Assembly: GCA_976226885.1 (NCBI GenBank)
Contig: OZ320316.1
Location: 37,262,001-37,326,000 of the forward strand
Origin: Iphione sp. A-MEVVRFRX5
Lineage: Eukaryota
Direction of reading: 5' to 3'
DNA length: 64,000 bases
Part shown: one piece after another, positions 1-9,642 of the stretch
How positions within the stretch are numbered: position 1 is the stretch's first letter
Layout of the letters: every line of letters begins with the position of its first letter
Made by a program: the position numbers and the translations under genes
The notes under the pieces: generated by a model
What the model saw: the letters and a program-made list of their open reading frames with translations, nothing else
Database searches by the model: none
What the model was told of the DNA's origin: nothing

Positions 1-1
1 T

Positions 2-286
2 GAGGTCATTGAGGGCATTGAATACAACAAGGCTGCCGACATGTACAGCTTCGCTGTTATCACCTGGGAGCTGTGGTATGGGAGGACGGTGGCCGACGAG
101 CTGACTGCTCTACATAAAGGTAGCGTGGAGACGGCGGTGAGGGCCGGCGCCCGACCAACCTTCGTGTCGGTGGCCCCGGCGCAGTCTTGGCGGGACGTTA
201 TCGAGCTGTGCTGGAATGGTGACCCACGCAAGCGATTGTCAGCCGGAAGATGCTTTGACTTCTTCAACAGCTTGAAAGACATCTGA
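2..286 (+). CDS. 3' end of a protein kinase gene (C-lobe, subdomains VIII-XI; TKL-like), truncated by the window start
   Basis: The frame is open from base 2: (P)EVIEGIEYNKAADMYSFAVITWELWYG...GARP...WRDVIELCWNGDPRKRLS...*. It matches kinase motifs APE, DxYSFG-like (DMYSFA), W-E-L and CW..DP..R. Stop TGA at 284-286. Confidence 0.85.
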   Translation, partial: EVIEGIEYNKAADMYSFAVITWELWYGRTVADELTALHKGSVETAVRAGARPTFVSVAPAQSWRDVIELCWNGDPRKRLSAGRCFDFFNSLKDI

Positions 287-2599
287 GACATATCTCCAGG
301 TTTTAAACTCCCGAAAAGAAATATTTATGTAGGTATTTGTATAAATGTGCGTGCGAATCATAATGGCTTCCCCGTTCACCCGAAAGGTGAACATAAAGCC
401 ATGGGTGCTGATTATACTCATTTCTACCGAGTTGGTGGGAGCGTTAAGGACATAACTGCATAATGTATTTTGCTACGCAATGGGAACAGACAATACGCAC
501 TCCTTCAGCATTGATAACGTAGTATTGACCCATTTATATATACTGTCAGGTCCGTGTTGCTAGATTGTAAACGCTATGAGTCATGGCAAGCGTTCATGTT
601 CGGGCACTGACCATGAGAACCAGCAATATATTAGTTACTTGTATCATAGTGTATATTTTTAATGGCCAAGATGTTAGATTGAGTATTTCGAACAAAATGT
701 TGTCTAAGTCCGATACTAAAAGAAGCATTTCGGGTGTAAGTTGCAACTACGAGAAACCTATGGTCATTTGGACAATACCAGTCTTCACTGATCCTCAGGT
801 GAAAGGTAAACGTTAAATTAAGGCTTCCATACCGTAGGTGTGAAAAGTTACCAGACAGCGCAGACTTAGAGAAAAAATTATTTTTTCATTCGGCTTATAG
901 GCAAATGATATACTTGCTTTAACTGGGGGAGTCATCTGAGTTCCCGATTTATTACTGCTATGATATATAAGCTCATTGTTCAGTTATTTGTTAGAAACTT
1001 TCATTGTTTAAGTTCATACGTGGCAACCTTGCCGTGTATCTGTGATGTCTACAGGAATCGTTATGGAATTTCCTGCTTTGATACGCCAAATTCTATGATA
1101 TAACGTTATATGGTAAGCACCAGATCATACACCACCATCTTTCGTATTTGGCACTATAAATACATCTTGTATGCCAGATGCGTACAATGCTTTGCACCTC
1201 TTCATTAGAAAATTGTGTGATTTAAAAAATACGAATGTGTTCTAGACCTCTTGCCATATTTTGCTTCCTGACACTCTTTTCCCCCTGGCACATGCTGATA
1301 ATTGACGTTCACGTTACACTGTACATCCTCATACCCAAAGATGTGGTCATAGTTTGAACACAATCGATAGTACGAGTAGCACCAAAACTGTATTGGCAAC
1401 ATACAAGGTGCATCGCGACTATGTACACGTAATGCTAGATATATATAAAAGTAAGACTTATGACTATTAGATGGCATTTCTTCAGTTACGATGGATTGCA
1501 CAACTTGTAGCCGGTCATATTATCTCAGTCGAGAATGTCTATTCCACCTCATGACTGGTCATGCAGTCTGTCGCTCTTCATCAACCAAGTGAACTCATAA
1601 AAAGTCATTAATCCTGAATCCTGAGATTTGCACTTTGCACTGGCGAGTTTTCTCGGATACAGCTTATAGCATGTGCTATTTAAAGAGAGTTATGAAGTAA
1701 CAACTGTCAGCAACGTATGACATGTAACCAAGCCTTGGTATATGTTCAAGTGAAACGTTGCTGCTGAGCATACAACGGCTTTCATATACACGTTTTGTAG
1801 CATCAGAACATGGAGTAAACAAAGACCCAGTAAGGTTTTGATATACGTTAAGTACCTGCAGAACATCTGGGACCCGCCAAATACTCGAGTTTGTAGACTT
1901 AATCCTCCTGTGTGATAATAAAAGTGCAATTGATGTTAGCCATCGCACATGTGTTTTCTTATATATTCTGTCGCAGGTAATATTTCTGCTAACATAGAGC
2001 TTTCAATACAATTTATTAGTTTCTTTTCATGTTGCCTCTCTGATTGACATCATTTGAAGAAATCATAGCTCCATTATGGATTTATACAGGTTTGAATATG
2101 AGAAATCGAATCCAAGTAGTCCGTTCATAACGTTAGGTCTAGAATATAGAGGAGCGGCTTTTCCACAAATGCATATGCAAATAGAGTTATAGATGCTGAA
2201 TTATATCGCAAGATTTGAAAACAGTCCCATTTTTCAACGTTCTTTGTTGCATGAATTAAAGTGTATGATGGCACATCTTTCTTGTCTTTATAATTGCATA
2301 TGTAAAGATAAGATGTTATTGATCATTGTGTGCGGTACGATAGTTTCAGTTCTTCATAATCTACAAACATATACATTTTGTTTTTATCATGCTGGCTTTC
2401 TTAGAAAAACACAAGAGCTTATTAAATGGCTCTGGTCGAGGATACTACTTGCAACAGAATAGGTGCTCCACATCTGTGAAATTTGCATCTTTCTCATGAA
2501 CGCACCGATATGCTCCAAACTTTGCGATAAGAAAAGAACAAATACACTGAGCTTCTGATAAGAAAAACTTTGTTCCTTATCGCATATCACTCTGTTATC

Positions 2600-2815
2600 C
2601 GATCCGTGAAGGCAACGGGCTAGTGCATCCCGCTCAACATGCGCACTACCGCCGCTGACCTTCCTTCTAAGGTAGCCTCGTTACAAAACCGGAGCAACGC
2701 GGGAGGGAGTTACAGGTTATAAGACGGCCATCCCGGAAACTGCAGCACTTGACCGCACAGCAAGGCACTGGGCACAGGAACCCCCTGCAATATTTTCAGC
2801 AAGAAACCTTTCACG
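2600..2815 (+). promoter_or_regulatory. CpG-enriched putative promoter/5' UTR of PDX1
   Basis: Local GC/CpG enrichment against the AT-rich flanks, immediately upstream of the candidate first coding exon. No specific core promoter motif assigned. Confidence 0.3.
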
Positions 2816-2843
2816 ATGCCTCTTCTACCAGGTGTGCAGGACG
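2816..2843 (+). CDS. PDX1: Putative first coding exon of PDX1 (MPLLPGVQD-G, phase 1)
   Basis: ATG at 2816, open for 28 nt to a strong donor G|GTAAGA at 2844. The phase is compatible with the next two exons. Supported by splice logic only, not by homology. Confidence 0.45.
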
Positions 2844-3962
2844 GTAAGATCTGTTATATTTACATTTCTAAAAAGTCCTATTCAGTAAATACAACATGTA
2901 ACCGATACTCCTTTATGATACAGTTGATTACGTAACAAGATTGAAATAATACTAATTGCTACTCCAGGAATGTTCGCATTAATATAAATCATTTTAGTCA
3001 TATAACGTGGGCAGCTGGGAATATATTAATGGATATGATCTATATTTGATAGTTCTTTCTCGCCCTCTTTCTCATGCTAACACATCTACAAAATGTATGA
3101 ACTTGGCTCATGTCAAACGAGAATTCCCGTCGTGATAGCACTAAGCATGTTTTTATGTACCCCAAGAAATAAACTGTGAGAAATGAAAACATCTGTAGCT
3201 ATGACTAATTACAGTTCACTAAGGAGATATCCCATTTGCGCAGCTCATGTACGAGGATGTTATAAAACGTCACCTTGTGTTTCGTAAGGGAGACATGCGG
3301 TTACATCAGCCTGTATGTCTCGTAGTGATTCATCGTAGCAATAGTATCCAGTCTATATTTGGTTGCAATGTTTTGTTTGAAAATACACATTTCTACATGC
3401 CGTACATGTTTGTTGTATGAAGATTGAATTTGAGGCTGATGCTCTGAAGATAATTTGGATGGAAAACAAAAATTCTTAGTGGAAGAATAAAGCAAAAGAC
3501 TCATCGTTGGAAAAAATGAAACATATTTACCTTTGTCAATGGCTGCTTCACAATCAGAGTACATTTCGGATTTCAAATTTAGAATTGAGAAAACAGGGAC
3601 ATCAATATTAATTCGTAACAACTGGGGCACATTCATTGTACCGACGTTATCTTGCGGTCTCTAGGAAGCGCCTCTTTGTCTGGGCTATCAAGGTTTTCCC
3701 TTTATCTAGCAGGCAGTGGATAAGCACGACCAACCTGTGCGTTGACATGGTGGTGTTAGAATCTTTAAGGTCGACATCTGTGCAATTGTGCACAGATATC
3801 TGAAATTAAAAGACTGATAAAAAAAAGAACATGGATAGGGTTCAACGCCATGCCGGCAGGCTGAACCAACACATGTATATTGATAACATGTATATTACAT
3901 AACAAGTGATATTGTCAAACTTCAGAGATAGCTGTTTAATATCCACATTAATGCCTTTGCAG

Positions 3963-4004
3963 GTGACGTTGTAAAAACATACGATCCTAAAGATGAAGTC
4001 ACAG
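3963..4004 (+). CDS. PDX1: Putative second coding exon of PDX1 (GDVVKTYDPKDEVT-G, phase 1-1)
   Basis: Acceptor CCTTTGCAG| and donor G|GTAAGC; 42 nt with no stop. Joining to 6064 gives [15 protein letters not shown], resembling the TG(T/E)xxVKxGxAxM start of PdxS/SNZ proteins. Confidence 0.65.
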
Positions 4005-4579
4005 GTAAGCCTATTTTAGCATGACTGTGAAATGTTGCGTTTTACTCTCTAAAAAAATGCATTTTTTGTCACATTTGATCATCATCTCAAAGATGATCTA
4101 TTGTACCAAAGACTATTAGCCAGATAGTTGGTAATATTCATGTAAGCTGTAGCCTACTACTGTTTTGTTTCTGTCCATAAAGAATGGTGTGGACTCCAGT
4201 TCGGAAACAGTCCAGACAATTTGAACTGGCTGCTCGTTCTACCTTTGCCAGGTTTGACGTACATGTAATTCCCATTAGGCCTGCTTTCCATGTGTATGGA
4301 TTTTTCTCTCGACCACGGGGCCCAGGCTAAAAAAAACAATCCTATGGCCCTGAACAATGTTGCTTCCATGTGAACATGCTCTGGGCAATTGGTTCCATGC
4401 CCGGAGGTGTCCGTAGTCCAAAAACAGGCAACGTTTGTTTTTTTCCCAGACCAAGGATACCCACAGATGAGTAAGATTAGAAATGGGCGTGAAGATCATG
4501 TAAAATGAGGGTGAGGGTGATATAAAATGAGGGTGAGAGTCATGTAAAATATTATCTAATTTGCAAAGCATTTGCATAA

Positions 4580-5208
4580 GGCCCAGTTTCCTTACCTGCG
4601 GAGAGGTGCGGGAGACTGCGTTGGTATCCGTGTGCGTTCCCATGCGTTGCTAAGATTCCCGCAGACTCCCGCAGACTCCCGCAGAGGGGTGTTCCATATG
4701 TGCGTGCGTTGGTGTGCGTATATTGACGGGAAAATACACAAAGCGGCCAAAAAAACGCAGAAAACCGGCAAATTTCATGGAAATAGTCCCGAAAAACGCA
4801 TATTTCATGCAAATTCGGCCAAAAACCGGCAAATTTCATGGAAATAGTCCCGAAAAACGCATATTTCATGCAAATTCGGCCGAAAAACCGGCAAAAATGT
4901 GCGGAAAAATTCGGGAAAAAAACGTCATTGTGCGGAAATGTGCGGAAATGTGCGGTATCATCAGTCAAAAGTCAGTCAAAGTCAGTCAAAGTCAGTCAAA
5001 ATGAGAGAAATACATGTGCGTTGCTGTGCGTGTGCGTGGAATTTACGGGAAGGGTTCGAAAACGGGCCCCGCAGCTCTCCGCAGCTCTCCGCAGCCGCAG
5101 CTCTCCGCAGATAAGGAACACCCTTCATTAAAATCAACAGGACCATAAAATGGGTGCGTTTTCCGCACTCCAACGCACGCATGGCTCCGCACATAAGGAA
5201 ACCGGGCC
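4580..5208. mobile_element. Non-autonomous TIR element (PIF/Harbinger-like MITE) in a PDX1 intron
   Basis: Left TIR GGCCCAGTTTCCTTACCTGCGGAG; right end reverse complement GGCCCGGTTTCCTTATGTGCGGAG. TAA flanks both sides (4577-4579, 5209-5211), matching the Harbinger 3-bp TWA target duplication. CpG-rich, with internal tandem repeats and no transposase. Confidence 0.85.
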
Positions 5209-5210
5209 TA

Positions 5211-5470
5211 AAAAACACAATTTCCAGCAATACGCTTCAACCGCCATGAAAAACCACACAATTTCCAATAATATACTTCAACTTCCATGAAAAACCATAC
5301 AATTTCCACTGATATGCGTCAAGCTCTGTAGAAACGCCACAATTCCCACCAGTATACTTCAACCTCCTTAAAAAGCTACATAATGTCCACTGATATACGT
5401 CAATCTTCATGAAAAACTGCATAATTTCCACCAATGTGCTTCAACCTGTGTGAAAAACCATACAATTTCT
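5211..5470. repeat. 41-bp minisatellite, about 6.5 copies
   Basis: Units start at 5211, 5249, 5290, 5331, 5371, 5412 and 5453, e.g. AAAAACCATACAATTTCCACTGATATGCGTCAAGCTCTGTA. Confidence 0.85.
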
Positions 5471-6063
5471 ATCTCAAGCAGATAGACACACACACACACT
5501 GCTCACTATCAGGCAGGTACTCGTACATATGGAAAGCAGGTGTCCGTGCTCATCCCTGTTCATCTGTGCTTGTCCAGAAAATGGGCAGAATTTCTGAACC
5601 CTCCTGCACTGACCTGTACACATAGAAAGAAAGCCTTAAAGATGTGAGCAGGCCAGACCTTAATGATGCACATTTCTGTGTGCTGAAAGAAAGTTTTGAT
5701 GGGAGTACTCCAAGCAGTTACGGTATGGAAAGCCGATATACTATTTGTTCTGAGCAATAATTCACGAGACACTGGGCAAAAGTGGACAGCTCTGCAAAAA
5801 CCCCTTTTTGTAGGTGTCCGTAACTATACCTGTTAGCGGGTAAAATAATTCTATAATGTGTTCATTATTATTCCTAGATGGTACAGCAGCTAAAATATGC
5901 AGCATGCAAACATTCCAAATTCATTTGAATTTCAGTTTACTATCTTCTAGGTGGAACTCTACTTCTGTGGGGCTGTACTGGGGAATCTGCGTGTTCTGGG
6001 AATCCATCTATTTATGAGCCAAGTGTATGTGTATTGTGCGTGCATATTTCTGTGGTATTGTAG

Positions 6064-9000
6064 GTACTTTCCGTGTCAAGTCTGGTTTGGCCCAGATGAC
6101 AAAGGGTGGCGTTGTGATGGATGTCGTGAACGCAGAGCAAGCCAGAATCGCAGAGGAAGCAGGGGTAGGGTAGACATGATTTAAACCTAAAATAATTGAA
6201 TCTCAGTTGACAACTTGTCTCACGATAGGATACTTCCAACCAAACATTATTTGCGGTCAGCTCCATAGGCTACAGTCCCAAAATGAAACCGATATACTAT
6301 TTTGTTAATTTGTCGAACCTCACTTGATACGTTTTCTTATGGAAATATACATCATGTGCAAAACCAACATGATTCATGAACATTGATTACATGATGCATG
6401 CTGGAGCAATCCGAGTGACCATTAAAACTTAATGGACACACTAATTATGATAGAGGACTCTTTCAGGCATGCGCCGTGATGGCTCTCGAGCGTGTTCCTG
6501 CGGACATCCGTAAAGATGGCGGTGTCGCCCGCATGGCAGACCCCAAGGTAAATGCTGATATTTCTTCCCAGTAAATTGGGCTTGTCATTTCCAGAAAGTT
6601 ACAGCCTTGCCGGGAAATCATTCGGGGGCTGTAAAATCGTTTTTCTGGTCAGTTTGATGTAACCTTAAATTCTTCCCATTACCTTATACTGAGTAACTGA
6701 GTACAATCAAACCTCGAAATTTTCCTCTACAACCGAACTATTCTGGATGGTGAACTTTAACGTTATAAACAGTGGGACTACATCAATGGACACAGTAAAT
6801 TTGATAAACTAAGTGAGCTCCTCGTAGAAAATGAAGGAAGAAAAAAAGGAAGAACACACAGCCAAGGAAATCTGCTAGGTCGGTCGGATTATTAAAAAGT
6901 ATCCAATATTGTTAGAGGTGTTTCGAATAGTGTAAAGACAACTACATTGTTTTTGTCTCAGATCATCAAAGAAATCATCTCAGCTGTGACCATCCCAGTC
7001 ATGGGGAAAGCTCGCGTAGGTCACTTTGCTGAAGCGCAAATACTCGAGGCTCTGGGTGTCGATATGATCGATGAATCAGAGGGTGAGTTCCCCTTTGGCT
7101 ACATCACTGGTTTGTTCATTAGCGCCTTGATGAATACCATGCCATAATCGTTTCATAGTTCGTGCCCTCTGTATGATAGATGAGGCAGTTACCACATATC
7201 AATACGAAGAAACGTTCCTGTCGACGGTGTTGAACCCCAAATTGAGTCAAAACGTAGCGCACAGGATAACATCTGTTTAAATATATGCATTACTGCCTAA
7301 GATTACTTTTCGTGGATGAGACCAAACTTCTTAAATGTACATGTGATATATGCGATGATGCTAAGGGATTAGGTTAGGTAATGGTTACCAACATAATTGC
7401 CTACATATCTGTCTAATACAGCCCTTGTTATAGGTCACCACAAGGCATTCCCTCGGAATTGTCCGATTTAGTTACTTATTCTTCCATAGGTATCATTCAA
7501 AGGTTTATCAAGTGATCCAAACACGTATCTTTCTATAATTTACCCTGAGCAGTCCTGACCCCCGCGGATAGCGAAAACCACATCGACAAGAGGACTTTCA
7601 AGACGCCCTTCGTTTGCGGCGCCCGTGACCTTGGCGAGGCCCTCCGTCGTATATCGGAGGGTGCGGCCATGATTCGAACCAAGGGCGAAGCTGGAACAGG
7701 TGCGAAATCGTTAATGACTTCTCGAAAATGGGGAATACTGTGTCTAATGCCTTACCTACTACTTATACCAATCTTATTGATACGAAGGCAAATATGTATA
7801 GTGAAACTCGCTATTCCAAAATATTGATGTTCAGGTATCCTCTCTCTTCCAAGCAGTTTCACTTGGTACAGAATGAGACTGTTTAATGTAAAAACCCCTC
7901 AGCGAATTTCAGGACCCTAGCCATTGCAGGCATAACAGGGTCCCCACTGCACAGGAAAAATGGAAAACAGGGAAAATGGCAAAAAAATTCCCTGTCAGGG
8001 AATACACAGGGAATTTGAAAATTTGGGGAAAAACACAGGGAAAACACAGGGAGAAAATTCTGAAAATCAGGAAAAAATCATCTTTTTTCCTTTAAGACAA
8101 GGTCAACATCATTAGTTAGAAAATTATCCATAATAATTCAAAGCCCTGTCTCATAAAGTTGTACAGAAACCAACACAGGGAAAACTGCCATGGCACAGGG
8201 AAAACTCAGGGAAAACACAGGGAATTTGAAAATGAAATTTGAGTGGGGACCCTGGCATAATCTTTTTGTATTAAATGGTGTTGCATTATCGAAGTTTTAC
8301 TGTACGGTTGTATCTTCAGCTGCTTTCTCTTTAAATCTTCCTCCTTTTCTTTTGTCTCTTTCTTTATGTACTGTTTCTAGAATTCTTACTCCACTTGGTC
8401 ATTCTTGTTTCCTTCTTTCCTTGCTTGTCTGCCTTTCTATGTGTTCGTTTGTATCATATTATCTATGATTCACACACACACACACATACACATGCACTCT
8501 GGTGAAGTCGCTCAATTCTGTTGCAGGAAATGTGATTGAGGCTGTGCGCCATGCCCGCTGCGTCCGCCGGCAGATCGCCCTGGCACAGGCCATGGACACC
8601 AGTGAGCTGTATTCATACGCTAAACAGTTGCAGGTGCCCCACGACCTGTTGCGCCAGGCTGCCTCCCAGGGCCGATTGCCCGTCGTCAACTTCGCTGCAG
8701 GCGGCATCGGTAGGTTTATTTGAGAAAAACGAAGGCAATTGTCCTGCTGAAAACTACCAGAATTCTCTAATATGTACCCCCATGAAGTAGGCTACGTGTG
8801 GGTATCGCAACTTAACAGCTGTGCTACATTACTTCTCTTAAACTGGTATTTATTGATAATATATGGAGTGTTATCTCGAAGCAATGGTACATGTACATGT
8901 TTACAAGTATGTTCAGAACGATACAAGGTGTTATGGTGACGATTGCAGCGACCCCAGCAGACGTTTCGCTGATGATGCAGCTTGGAGTAGATGGCGTCTT

Positions 9001-9409
9001 TGTCGGTTCAGGAATCTTCAAGTCTGACTGTCCACGGAAGAGGGCAGTAGCTATTGTGCAGGCATGCACGCACTACAAAGATGCTAAGGTCCTTGCAGAA
9101 GTCAGCGAGGACCTCGGTGAAGCCATGGTCAGTTGATCTGAAACATTTATTGGAACATTATAAAATCTGTTAGAAATCTCTAGGGAAAGAAGTCATTGCC
9201 TGTGAACAAGTAAACACTAAGGATAGATCTATTAAGATCTTTTTACAACTTAATATTCAACGAAATTGATAGACTGTCGTCATATTTTCAACAGATATCA
9301 CTATCCGTTGGTTTACAAATGTAATAATTCGTTAATTTCTTTCTAGGTGGGCATAAATTGTGATGACCTTAAGGAAAGGTGGGCGATTCGTGAGAGCAAG
9401 ATGGACTGA
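6064..9409 (+). CDS. PDX1: Pyridoxal 5'-phosphate synthase, synthase subunit (PDX1/SNZ/PdxS family; not the homeobox gene of the same symbol)
   Basis: Seven GT-AG exons in matching phase: 6064-6164, 6467-6547, 6962-7082, 7553-7699, 8527-8709, 8949-9127, 9347-9409. The translation contains [137 protein letters not shown] and LGEAMVGIN, ending [11 protein letters not shown]. The catalytic Asp (MDV) and both Lys (MGK, RTKG) are intact. Confidence 0.96.
7936..8254. mobile_element. 319-bp MITE in a PDX1 intron (CAGGG-type TIR)
   Basis: Perfect 13-bp TIR CAGGGTCCCCACT (7936-7948) / AGTGGGGACCCTG (8242-8254). GCATAA is duplicated on both sides (7930-7935, 8255-8260). About 10 internal (CA)CAGGGAA motifs. 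Confidence 0.8.
8471..8486. repeat. (CA)8 microsatellite
   Basis: Read directly, in the intron upstream of PDX1 exon 8527. Confidence 0.8.
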
Positions 9410-9636
9410 GAGATTCCCCGAAGTTTACCAAGCACTAGAATACGGACCTTATTTGATGATGTGGATGGGAATGGTTGAATTTATATAGGCTCGTCATATT
9501 ACATGTAGACGTTTGTGTAAAACGCTGGAAATTACTAATTTAAATCTTTTTATCAAATGAATTCTGCTTTTTCTATCATAATATATTTGTAAAGTGCTGC
9601 AACCAACGCACCTGAATGTACTGTTTATTGTTTTCT

Positions 9637-9642
9637 AATAAA
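9637..9642 (+). promoter_or_regulatory. Putative polyadenylation signal of PDX1
   Basis: AATAAA about 230 nt after the stop codon, followed by a T-rich tract (CTTTTTGTTGTTT). Confidence 0.5.

Noticed and set aside
4552-5131. Cluster of overlapping 60-138 aa ORFs
   Set aside because: They arise from the stop-poor tandem repeats inside the MITE and show no protein motifs.
5951-6022. Possible extra PDX1 cassette exon (good acceptor TATCTTCTAG|, phase 1-1, [24 protein letters not shown])
   Set aside because: It needs a 41-nt intron to reach 6064, far shorter than the other introns here, and the peptide has no PDX1 similarity. RNA-seq could rescue it.
6064-9409. PDX1 as bacterial contamination or very recent horizontal transfer
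   Set aside because: It has six or more canonical GT-AG introns containing host MITEs and a eukaryotic poly(A) signal. Ancient transfer is not excluded.
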